The notes beneath the pieces are model-generated. The model did not search any database. It worked only from the letters and a program-made list of their open reading frames with translations, and was not told the DNA's origin. A stretch of DNA of 63,656 nt, the filler included, from Barthelona sp. PAP020 (lineage: Eukaryota), in the NCBI GenBank assembly GCA_040182905.1. It is 8 parts of 8 records of this genome, joined end to end, with 100 filler letters (N's around TTAATTAATTAA, not from the genome) between each part and the next. Parts side by side here need not be neighbours in the genome. Positions count along the whole stretch, not along the records: positions 16,041 to 23,937 come from JARQWU010000472.1; positions 24,038 to 31,888 come from JARQWU010000473.1; positions 31,989 to 39,839 come from JARQWU010000474.1; 5 more parts are not named here. The stretch is one strand, 5' to 3'. The first letter of the stretch is position 1, and each line of letters opens with the position of its first letter. A program made the translations under genes and the position numbers. Below are positions 22,286 through 31,989 of the stretch, piece by piece.

Positions 22286-23082
22286 CAGGGTCAGGAATTC
22301 TTTCCAAAAACACAACCTGAATTCACACAATGTACTTCAGTCTGGATCTCACACCATGAGTTTTCCCAAATTCACTAAAAATGACTCTTTGGGTTTTCTT
22401 TTACTGTGAACAAGTTTATGTCACTACTGAACCAAAATATCAGACCACTTTCCTTCTTAAGATTACGATACCTATTGTTGGAGTCCAACACAACAAGAAC
22501 AGAAAATATTAAGAATAAATGATGTTGCTATTGTCAGTTAAATTGAAGGTCGTTACTCACTAACAACGTTGAAGACTCTGATTGAAGAAGTGAAAAAGGT
22601 TTCATCAATGGAAGAAAAACTGGAAATTTGATGAATACATATCGCACTCTTGCACTTTCAATTTATAAATTTCGTGAGGAAAAATATATCAAAACCATCA
22701 CTACATCAACAAATCTGTAAAAATGAATTGAAACAATGTCTTTTGTTTAAAATATTCGAACAACCATCATTATGACAAACTTTCATATGTGTGACATTTT
22801 CACAATATTTAAATCGATAGTAAAAGCTTAATTCGCTGCATTAATTCGAAAAAGGAAATCTCAAGAAAGAATTAATCAACATTTTAAACAGTTCTCCACA
22901 AACCAGTCAATCAATCAACAAATTTCATTTTGTCAACAAAAAAATTAAAATAATGCCTGATTTAAGGGATAAATATTGGATATCCAAAGAGAAAAGAGAA
23001 ATTTGGATTCTTATAATTTTTTTTGTCAACAATAGATCTTAACACTGCAGTTGAGGAAATTGATCCTTATTTAAAGCATAAT

Positions 23083-23937
23083 ATGGATCAAATTGTTGTT
23101 CCAGATGGGTTTGATGTGGATGGATTTGAAGATGATGGTCGTCCAAAGAAGATATATTTTGCAGCATGTGATGGTAACCTTGAGGTTGTCAAGCAGTGTA
23201 TCAAAGCTGGCATTGATGTGAACAAAAAACTGGGCAAGGAAGGAAGGACATTGCTTTGGGGAGCTGCTTTTGATGGGCATATAGAAGTTGTTGAGTTTTT
23301 GTTGAATCGTGGTGCTGATGTTAATTTGTGCAATAATAACAGTGCTTCTCCATTATATGTCAGTTGTTATCATGGTCATCTTGATGTTGCCAGAATGCTC
23401 TTGGATCATGGAGCTGATGTTAATTTGTGTAAGGACGGTGGATTTTCTCCATTGTTTATTAGTTGTCTTGATGGTCATCTTGATGTTGCCAAGATGCTCT
23501 TGGATCATGGAGCTGATGTTAATTTGTGTGAAGACGGTGGATTTTCTCCATTGTACATCAGTTGTTTTGAAGGTGATCTTGATATCGCCAAAATGCTCTT
23601 GGATCATGGGGCTGATGTTAATTTGTGTGTGAATGAAGGTGCTTCTCCATTGTACATCAGTTGTAAAATTGGTCATCTTGATGTTGCCAAAATGCTCTTG
23701 AATCATGGAGCAGATATTAATTTGTGCAATAAGAATGGTGCTTCTCCATTGTACATCAGTTGTCAAAAAGGTCATCTTGATGTTGCCAGAATACTCTTGG
23801 ATCATGGAGCAGATGTTAATTTTTGTGATAATGATGGTGCTTCTCCATTGTACATCAGTTGTAAAATTGGTCATCTTGATGTTGCCAAAATGCTCTTGAA
23901 TCATGGAGCAGATATTAATTTGTGCAATAAGAATGGT
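23083..23937 (+). CDS. Ankyrin-repeat protein with highly conserved internal repeats, 3'-truncated; no kinase seen upstream
   Basis: MDQIVVPDGF...AACDGNLEV cap, then 33-aa repeats GADVNLCxxxGxSPLYISCxxGHLDVAKMLLDH; paralog of 31990-33129. Confidence 0.9.
23311..23937 (+). repeat. 99-bp coding tandem repeat array (at least 6.3 units)
   Basis: Near-identical 99-nt units; 23638-23739 is identical to 23836-23937. Confidence 0.95.
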
Positions 23938-24037
23938 NNNNNNNNNNNNNNNNNNNNNNNNNNNNNNNNNNNNNNNNNNNNTTAATTAATTAANNNNNNN
24001 NNNNNNNNNNNNNNNNNNNNNNNNNNNNNNNNNNNNN
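23938..24037. other. Artificial contig linker
   Basis: N44-TTAATTAATTAA-N44. Confidence 0.98.
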
Positions 24038-24077
24038 ATGTAGCTTTGAGGATCTGATGGCTTTATGCGTGGTGTAA
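24038..24077 (+). CDS. 3' end of a second kinase-HECT(N-lobe) copy
   Basis: CSFEDLMALCVV*; 24038-24145 is identical to 28078-28185. Confidence 0.75.
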
Positions 24078-24960
24078 ATTGTTTTTGGGTCACTAATTTC
24101 TTTTTCATCAGCAGAAGACGATTTCCAAGGTTTTACTTTCTCATTCTGTAAAGCGTCACAATTCTTTCATTTGGAAATGCATTATCTCCAGTACATTTAT
24201 GTAGGACTTGAACAAGAGTGAAATGTCTTTTGTTGGGTTTGAAAGAATACATTGATGTTTGTTTTCAACAGAAGATCAAGGGGTCTATATCTGATGCCAA
24301 AACAGAGCGTGCGCTTGACTTATAGGGAGACACTCTTTGCAGCCACATGTTGAAGAATGTTGAGACTCTCTTTTTTGGTTTTCTTAAATTTGATACCAGT
24401 TAAGAGCTCCTCAACCCACTCTTCATAAGTCTAATACCATGTTTTTGGCCGTTTCTTTGAACAGCAATACCTGTCCAATTCTTTCTACTTCAGCAAAGAA
24501 TAATATACTTTCATACCCTTCTGCACCATAATCTTCTTCTTCACCAATTGTGTTTATCAATCAGACACAACAACCATTGAGCGTGAGATCTTCATCTATT
24601 TGTAACGCATCTTCTGGGAATTATTTTTGGAAGTTAGCCACATACAACACTATTATGAGGATTGATACAGCTTTATTATAAAGGGATCGAGCGTTAGCAT
24701 CCTCTTTTTTGGTCTCTTTGAATTTGATTCAAGAGAAGAGTTCTTGAACCCAGTCTTCATAAGGGTAAAAATTATTATTGGACAACCCTTGTGGAATGTT
24801 TCTTTTCATTGCTGAAACCACTCTGTAACACGTTAACCCTTTAACAAGAACCCCCGAAAAGAATAAAGATTGAAGTTTATTATTTATTAATCAATTGAGG
24901 TTCCCAGTCTCTGATTTGGATAAGCTGTGGAAAGGGTTCGTACAAGAAGAAAAATAAAAA
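24078..24960 (-). pseudogene. Degenerate repeated coding-like element, copy 1
   Basis: Ends match 28118-28324 and 29047-29266; fragmented minus-strand frames with stops and frameshifts. Confidence 0.6.
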
Positions 24961-25288
24961 GAAATTATCGAAGTTTATATAAATGTACAATGTTACAAAC
25001 ACCAATTCCACATAATAAACAGAGAAAATAGCCATAATTTAATATCATAACCCCTTAATCTCCCGAATAGGTTGTATAGCTCATAGTTTAGTAAGCATTA
25101 AAGAAAGAAGAGTTCAACCAAATCTGAAAACAAAATCTCTGCACCAAATGAATATTTGTCAACATCGTTCATTGACATGAGGTGAATATTTGCAATTTGG
25201 ATTTTGGAAGATTTTTGAATATTTCTAGCTAATCGCTGATTTCTAATTTCCATTTGTGTTTATTTCTTTTTTTTTTTGTTAGTTTATT

Positions 25289-26494
25289 ATGTCTGTTGAA
25301 TCAAGTGGTGAAATAGGAGAATTTATACGTGGTTTATTTCCTCTAAAGATTGATGAAAATAGTGTAGGTGAAATTGCAAATGTGATTTCTGATTATTTGT
25401 TTGACAGTAAATACTTGCCAAATGGTAAACAATTGGTTGTTGGTAGTTATCAAGCTGTTCATGTCATTGATGTAGCAACTAAAATGTTGAATCGTACATT
25501 GAAAGAGCATACAAGCTTTGTTTATGGTATTGCCATTTCACCAAATGGGCAGAAGTTGGCAACATGTTTCAACATTGGGTTTATTATTGTATACAGCCTT
25601 CCAGATTTCTCCATCTTGTGTAGATTGAAAGGTGGAACTTATATTTATGGAATTTGTTTTTCTTCTTGTTCAAATTATGTATATTATGGTGATGATGGTG
25701 GAACTCTTACGAAAAGTGACACAAATAATGGGAGAATTGTCTTGGAAAAGAAAATTTCGAATGGTGCTTTTTGGAGAGTGAAACTATCAACGGATGGTAA
25801 ATATCTTTTGACTGGAGATGGTGATGGTATTGCGAAGTTGGTTAACCCAGATGATTTGTCTGTTGTTCGTACATTCAGTCAAGGTGGGTTTATTAGAGCT
25901 ATTGATTTCCACCCAACTGAAAGAATGATTGCTGTTGGTAATGAATCGAAAAAAGTCAAACTCTGGAACATGGAGGACGGATCACTCATTCATACATTTG
26001 ATATGGGTGGTCTAGTAAGCAGTCTTTATTTCTTATCACCCTATATCCTGCTTATTATGTCTGGTGATGGCTATATTACCTCATTCAATGTTGAAACCTA
26101 TCAGCAAATTCAAAAGGTGCATTGTGGTTGTAACTCTTCCCATTTTTCCTTTACTATATCCCCTGATAAGACACAAATAGCATGTGGAAGATGTGCAGGG
26201 AATGTCATCAAAATCTATTCAATTAGCGTTGACTATGACCCCTCACATGAGGCAGAACTCATTCGATTGTCAAGGGATGGTGGCCATGTATTGTCGAATC
26301 TTATGGCTTTGAATATTGATACTCAAGTCATAAGACAATTGGTAGCCGCAGGGATGTACATGAATGAAGAGGAGTATAACATGATTGTTGACATATGTTG
26401 GGATTTATCTGACATTAATGAAATGAAGGGTGGAAATATGCACTCATTTTTCAATGGACAAAGTGATCATGAAAGTGAAGAAGTTGATGATTGA
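25289..26494 (+). CDS. WD40-repeat protein with lineage-specific C-terminal domain
   Basis: WD repeats (LKEHTSFVYGIAISPNGQKLAT, KVKLWNMEDG); C-terminal domain shared with 16891-18099. Confidence 0.92.
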   Translation: MSVESSGEIGEFIRGLFPLKIDENSVGEIANVISDYLFDSKYLPNGKQLVVGSYQAVHVIDVATKMLNRTLKEHTSFVYGIAISPNGQKLATCFNIGFIIVYSLPDFSILCRLKGGTYIYGICFSSCSNYVYYGDDGGTLTKSDTNNGRIVLEKKISNGAFWRVKLSTDGKYLLTGDGDGIAKLVNPDDLSVVRTFSQGGFIRAIDFHPTERMIAVGNESKKVKLWNMEDGSLIHTFDMGGLVSSLYFLSPYILLIMSGDGYITSFNVETYQQIQKVHCGCNSSHFSFTISPDKTQIACGRCAGNVIKIYSISVDYDPSHEAELIRLSRDGGHVLSNLMALNIDTQVIRQLVAAGMYMNEEEYNMIVDICWDLSDINEMKGGNMHSFFNGQSDHESEEVDD

Positions 26495-26674
26495 TTAGTT
26501 GGAAAAATGATCCAAAACATCATTTTGGGGATGCACTGAGAATTTTCTGTTCTAAAAAATTATTTCTTTCATTTACATTTTCATTTGGCAGATGTTCCTT
26601 GGTTTTTTTTTATTGTTCTTTAATTTGAGTTCAAATCCAACAGTTTTCGTTTCCATCACAAGGTCTGTCAAATT

Positions 26675-28117
26675 TTGATTGATGATGAGGAGCTTGAAGA
26701 GGATGAAAATGAGGATGATACTGATGAAAATGAATTCAATGAGATGCAAATCAAAGCCATTCGTCGAGAACTGAGGGTTTTGACAAAGAATAGGTCTCCC
26801 AATATCGTCACTCTGAATCGCATTGTCTTTGTTGTAGATGAAGATTCTGATATTGTGGCCCTCGCTCTCGAGCTTGAGAAGGCTCCCATGGATCTTGAGC
26901 AGTATCTTAACGGGTACAATCCTGATAGAGCCACACTACTTTGGATATTTGAACAAGTATGTGCTGGTCTTCACCAACTACACGATCGTGATATTGTTTG
27001 GAGAGATGCAAAACCACAGAACATTTTGGTGTGGGTTGACGATGAGGATAAAGTGTCACGAGTGGCTCTCTGTGATTTTGCAACAGCATATCAAACTGAA
27101 GGTACGATGTCCAGTGGTACTATGATCCAGGGTACGGCTCTTTACATGGATCCAATCTCATTAGTAAGAAGAAATGTTGACTTTTCGATGGATATTTTTG
27201 CTTTAGGTAAGTTACTGATTCGTATGTTTTATCCAACTCTTTTGGAAGAAATCGTTTGCACGATACAAAACTACTTCGAAAATGCAGGTGATAAAACTGA
27301 TGAACTCTACGAGATCATTCTTCAATGTATTACTCAGAACATCAAACAACGTGTCAGTTTGAGGCAACTTGAAAAAAAAATTTATGACTTGTACAAATCT
27401 GCTACTCAAGAAAAGCATTCAATTCACATCGTGGATGTTCTTGAAAGTTTCAACTTTAACCTAGAAATAGGTGAACCGTTGATTATTGAGCAATGTTTGG
27501 ATGAACAATTCAGCTCCTTCTTTGAACGTTGCTTCACCATTGACAACGTGTCCAAGAACATCATGTTCAAACTCAGTGATTTTTCTGAACCATTTACTCT
27601 GCTCTCTTTAATTGATTGGCTTGTTGATAATCCCATTAGTTTCAACTTTATGGGTGAAACAATTGGGGGATCATTCAAACTTGATGATGATTTGGAAGAA
27701 TCAACCCTACGTTCACTGAGCTATTTCATTCTTCATTGTCTCATCCATCGGGTCCAAATACCAATCAGTCTTCTTGGACCAACCCCATTTGGTCTCATTT
27801 CAACCAGCTCTTTGAACATGTTTGATGGTGTTAATCGTGATCTGTGTCTTAAGGTATTCCCATCATTGAAATCCTTTGTATACCAATTTTACTCAACTGA
27901 CCTTGCAGAATTCAATTTTAAATCACTTGGGCTCGAACCCAGATCTGTTAATCGTGACAACTTTGATGAATTCATAAATCTTTCCATCAAAATATATATC
28001 TCCAAATATCAATCGATCGCTGAAACAATGAGAAATGCTTTTTTGGAATTCTCTGTTTTGGCCACAGATTTAGCAGTATGTAGCTTTGAGGATCTGATGG
28101 CTTTATGCGTGGTGTAA
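26675..28117 (+). CDS. 5'-truncated Ser/Thr kinase fused to a HECT-like N-lobe (possibly a pseudogene; first ATG at 26744)
   Basis: Kinase motifs WRDAKPQNIL, LCDFATA, GTALYMDP, DIFALG with no Gly-rich loop. C-terminal SVNRDNFDEFINL...MRNAF...FEDLMALC resembles HECT VTxENxxEYV...F..GF...ELE.LICG. Confidence 0.75.
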   Translation: MIDDEELEEDENEDDTDENEFNEMQIKAIRRELRVLTKNRSPNIVTLNRIVFVVDEDSDIVALALELEKAPMDLEQYLNGYNPDRATLLWIFEQVCAGLHQLHDRDIVWRDAKPQNILVWVDDEDKVSRVALCDFATAYQTEGTMSSGTMIQGTALYMDPISLVRRNVDFSMDIFALGKLLIRMFYPTLLEEIVCTIQNYFENAGDKTDELYEIILQCITQNIKQRVSLRQLEKKIYDLYKSATQEKHSIHIVDVLESFNFNLEIGEPLIIEQCLDEQFSSFFERCFTIDNVSKNIMFKLSDFSEPFTLLSLIDWLVDNPISFNFMGETIGGSFKLDDDLEESTLRSLSYFILHCLIHRVQIPISLLGPTPFGLISTSSLNMFDGVNRDLCLKVFPSLKSFVYQFYSTDLAEFNFKSLGLEPRSVNRDNFDEFINLSIKIYISKYQSIAETMRNAFLEFSVLATDLAVCSFEDLMALCVV

Positions 28118-29270
28118 ATTGTTTTTGGGTCACTAATTTCTTTTTCATCAGCAGAAGACGATTTCCAAGGTTTTACTTTCTCATTTTATGAATGGTCATA
28201 ATTCTTTCATTTGGTAATGCATTATCTCCAGTGCATTTATATTGGACTTGAACAAGAGTGAAATGTCTTTTGTTGTGTTTGAAAAAAGTGCACTGATATT
28301 TGTTTTAAAAAGAAGATCAAGGGGACTCACGATGTTTTTTAATTTTGCAACAATTATTGTGGTCACTCTAGAAGGACAATACTGTTTGAACAATCTGCCT
28401 CTTTTGACTGCATTCTCATGGTATTGCTTGTCTTTGTCACAATCCCTTTTTTCAAAGGTGAAGCATCCGTTGCCACTATTGCTTTGATAACTCTTGGTGT
28501 AAGATCTCCTCTGATTTTTTCTTGTACCAAAATACTTATCGATTCCTCCAATGAAATAGGGAGTTCGATGTTCAAGTGTCCATAAATTGCACAGAACACT
28601 TCCATAAAGTCTATGCTTAGCAGCTTTATTTTATGTTTTATTAGGTTTGTTACTTGCAATGCACCCTTTCGGTATCTTTGAGACACTATTTCCGCTGTTT
28701 GCAGCTTTCCTGTGGGTTTCCTTTTCTTTTCTTTTTTTTTCTTGAAATAACTGTTGCTATTTTCTTTATAAAAAGAGGTTTTTGTATATATCCAGCATTG
28801 AGAAATCAAAACCAAAACTGAAACACATTCTTAAGTTTAAACTTTGAGGTAAACCCTCCCAGGGTTTAAAATCTAAAAAGCAGTCTGTTTCCTGCTTGAT
28901 GATCGGTAACAGAGTCTCCACTTCACCTGGTTTTACATGCCGTAGTGGTCTGCAGGAAGTTGCCCACTCACAATGGAGACTGCTTTCTTTTGAAGGAATC
29001 AAAGGTCAGAATTCTTCTTTTAGTCTCCTAAAAATAAATTCTAGTGAAGAGTTGAACCCACTCTTCATAAGGGTAAATATTATTTATTGGATAACCCTTG
29101 TGGAATATTTCTTTTCATTGCTGATACCACTCTGTAACACGATACCCCTTTAACAAGGCACCTCCCGAAAAGAATAAAGATTTAGGTTTATTATTTATTA
29201 ATCAACTGAGATTCCCAGTCTCTGATTTGGGTAAGTTCTGGAAAAGGTTCATACAAGAAGAAAAAAAAAA
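28118..29270 (-). pseudogene. Degenerate repeated coding-like element, copy 2
   Basis: Chain of overlapping broken minus-strand ORFs (28196-28393, 28363-28815, 28766-29002); termini shared with 24078-24960. Confidence 0.6.
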
Positions 29271-29305
29271 TCTTTTTATCTTGGAACATATCAATAAAAA
29301 ACAAA

Positions 29306-30814
29306 CTATCCTTGTCTAAAGTGGAAACCTCCAGGAAAACCTCCCCCTCTAGCTCCACCTCTTTGGAAGTTTTGTGGATCCATGTTGAATTTAAATCCAC
29401 CAAAAGAAAATCCACCGTTTCCAAAAGGAAAACCACCTCCACCAAAACCGTGACCTTGTTGTTGTCTTTCTGATTGTCCACCATCAGCCTTACTACCATC
29501 AACAAATTCACCAGAATCATACAAACGTCTTTTTTCTTCATCGGTCAACACCTCATATGCTTCAGAAATTAACATAAATGCTTCCTCATTATCTGGATTC
29601 TTATCTGGATGGTTTTCTCTTGCTAACTTTCTATATGCACGCTTTATCTCCTTCGTATCTGCTGACTTTGACACTCCAAGAATCTTATAATAATCTTTTC
29701 GTGATTTATTTTGTTTTGCACGTTGTGCTTTCTGCAAAAGCTCATTAACCTTTTGACTGCCATGATATTTACTTCTCAATGTATTTAAAAAAGCTTCTGC
29801 TTGATCAGCTTTATCCAACATTAATAAAGCCTCAGCTTTAGCACATTCTGACTCTTCATTAGCCTCAAATTTAATCCATATTTCACAATTTTTGATCAAA
29901 TTATCCCTTAACTCAGCAGCCGCTATACCGCCCAGACATTTCAATTTACTGCGATCTTTTTCAGTTTCAACAAGATGTGATTGCTTCTTTTCAAATTTTT
30001 CCAAAGATTCCTTCAATAAGACCCACTTTTTCTTCTCAAAATGCTCATTAAATTTCTTTAAAGCTCTAGTTATTTGCTTAACTTGAGTATAAAGAGGCTT
30101 CAATAATTTATTTTCTGGGTCATCCTTTAATACAATAGAAAGATAATTTCTTGCCAATTCAAAAGATCCTTCATTCATTTCTAGCTTTGCTAGATAAAAT
30201 ATACGGATGTCTAAAGGAACATGGTCAGTCTTTTCATATTTTTTCAAACTCTCTTTCAATTGTTCAAATCTCTTTGTTTCATACAAACATTTGAAATATA
30301 GAGATACATGAGATGTAGATTGTTCAGCAATATTTAAAAATTCTGCCAAATTGTTGATATTTTGTGTGGTGCATTTGTCAATTAATTTCTTTGACCGATT
30401 TTCAATATTCTTCAACTTTTTGGAATATTCATTCACAAAGTTACTATTTTTTACTTCTTTTAATCTTTTGTTGGCATTATCAATATCTCCAAACAATGTG
30501 TATATTTGTACAATTTTTCTTAATGAAGTTTGATCACCTTCATTTAAAGATAAAACCTTTTCAAAATCATTTAATGCTTGATTTAAAAGATTTAAGGAAA
30601 AATAAGCCAATCCACGTTTATAATACAATGAAAAAGTAGAATTCTCATTAATCACTTTATTATAATTTTGTAAAGCAACACGAAATGCTCCTTTTCGAAA
30701 GGCTATATCACCTTCATCAATTGTTTTTTGAATAGTATCCGTTTCTTCTTCTCCAAAAACATTAATTATTAACATTGATATCAACAATGTTGTTATTAAT
30801 ACTCGAAATGTCAT
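29306..30814 (-). CDS. DNAJC3: ER TPR plus J-domain co-chaperone (P58IPK/DNAJC3-like)
   Basis: Signal peptide, TPR repeats, KDYYKILGV...HPDKN J domain, G/F-rich tail. Confidence 0.88.
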   Translation of the reverse strand: MTFRVLITTLLISMLIINVFGEEETDTIQKTIDEGDIAFRKGAFRVALQNYNKVINENSTFSLYYKRGLAYFSLNLLNQALNDFEKVLSLNEGDQTSLRKIVQIYTLFGDIDNANKRLKEVKNSNFVNEYSKKLKNIENRSKKLIDKCTTQNINNLAEFLNIAEQSTSHVSLYFKCLYETKRFEQLKESLKKYEKTDHVPLDIRIFYLAKLEMNEGSFELARNYLSIVLKDDPENKLLKPLYTQVKQITRALKKFNEHFEKKKWVLLKESLEKFEKKQSHLVETEKDRSKLKCLGGIAAAELRDNLIKNCEIWIKFEANEESECAKAEALLMLDKADQAEAFLNTLRSKYHGSQKVNELLQKAQRAKQNKSRKDYYKILGVSKSADTKEIKRAYRKLARENHPDKNPDNEEAFMLISEAYEVLTDEEKRRLYDSGEFVDGSKADGGQSERQQQGHGFGGGGFPFGNGGFSFGGFKFNMDPQNFQRGGARGGGFPGGFHFRQG

Positions 30815-30978
30815 TGTTTAATAAAACAACAAAAAAAATGTATGAGGTTGAAAAACGTTTTGAAGCACTTATTTTCTATTTCAATCTTTTTTTTTATTCG
30901 TTATGAATTTGAAAACTTTTAATTAACTATTTTGGATAAATTCTTCACAAAAAATCTTTTTTCGTTTCTTTATTATTT

Positions 30979-31542
30979 ATGACTCAACTCGAAGCAATCA
31001 AATCTGTTCAAAAGTATATTACATCGAATTGTCCAAAATTAGGACCACAATTAGTTCCTTCCTATTTTACCTTTCATGAATTACCTTTGATTGAAACTGA
31101 AGAACACAAATTGGAGGATTTTTTAACAGAACAAGAAAATTGTGTTTGTGAACATTGCAAGAATCAAATAGATTTATCAAAAGATGGTCATTTTGTGCCC
31201 ATTTGGAAAACCTCATTCGAAAAACAAAAAATCAAATTAATTGATTTAAAATACACTTGTGATAAATGTCTTCAATTAATGTCTATTAGTCATGTTATTA
31301 GATATATTATGAACCCTGTTTCTGAAGAAATGGAAGAATTATTTTTGCATTGGTTGAGGGTTAATGAACTGGAAAATTCAACAGAGATGCAAGCGGTATT
31401 TACAGACACATATTTAGCTGCATATAATTTACGATTAATATTGAATTCTGTCAATCCAAATATTGTTTCGCACAATTCTAAAACTTTTGACACAGTTAAA
31501 GTCAAAAGCTTGTTAAAAAAGTTTGATAAATCATCTGATTAA
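30979..31542 (+). CDS. Zn-binding protein resembling a degenerate HNH-endonuclease-like family
   Basis: PKLGPQLVP, CEHC, HFVPIW, IKLIDLKYTCDKC, HWLRVN pattern. Confidence 0.6.
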   Translation: MTQLEAIKSVQKYITSNCPKLGPQLVPSYFTFHELPLIETEEHKLEDFLTEQENCVCEHCKNQIDLSKDGHFVPIWKTSFEKQKIKLIDLKYTCDKCLQLMSISHVIRYIMNPVSEEMEELFLHWLRVNELENSTEMQAVFTDTYLAAYNLRLILNSVNPNIVSHNSKTFDTVKVKSLLKKFDKSSD

Positions 31543-31636
31543 CGGTTTTTTTTTAATTTTTTGGTGAGAAAGAATGGAATTTTTCATGTCTTGGAATTAA
31601 CCAGGAAAATCATTTTTTTTATTTTTACTTTTAATA

Positions 31637-31888
31637 ATGGGATTCCAAGATCAATTATTTCAAATTCGTTTTAGTGCAAAACAAATGGAAAGGTTGCACA
31701 AAAAAGCACTTTCAGATGCAAATAAGGAAAAGAAAAAAATTAAAAAAATGATGGAAAAGAACAATCGTGAAGCGGCAAGTATTCATGCACAAAATGTAAT
31801 TCGTCATCAAAATGAAGCACAAAAATATTTACAATTATCCGCACGATTGGATGCAGTTCATTCCAGATTGCAAGCTGTTTCCACTCAA
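31637..31888 (+). CDS. CHMP1: ESCRT-III CHMP1/Did2/Vps46, 5' fragment
   Basis: LFQIRFSAKQMER...EKKKIKK...A.IHAQNVIR..NEA..YLQLSARLDAV.SRLQ. Confidence 0.93.
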
Positions 31889-31988
31889 NNNNNNNNNNNN
31901 NNNNNNNNNNNNNNNNNNNNNNNNNNNNNNNNTTAATTAATTAANNNNNNNNNNNNNNNNNNNNNNNNNNNNNNNNNNNNNNNNNNNN
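31889..31988. other. Artificial contig linker
   Basis: N44-TTAATTAATTAA-N44. Confidence 0.98.
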
Positions 31989-31989
31989 C

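Noticed and set aside
23353..23904. Antisense and alternate-frame ORFs over ankyrin arrays and other genes
   Set aside because: Shadows of repetitive coding sequence with no independent evidence.
23311..23937. Regular repeats resembling a CRISPR array or a diversity-generating retroelement
   Set aside because: They are in-frame 99-bp ankyrin units without unique spacers, in a eukaryotic context with no cas or RT gene.
28112..28154. Possible intron (GT...ACTAAT...CAG) extending the kinase-HECT gene
   Set aside because: The branch-to-AG distance is 14 nt versus 6-8 elsewhere, and all resulting frames stop within ~22 codons with no C-lobe similarity.
28196..28480. DIRS/LTR RNase H-like motifs (VATDAS, INALE/INVLE) and RT-like IPQGLS
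   Set aside because: The motifs are in different frames with too long a spacing, there is no YxDD, and differences between the two copies fit another frame better.
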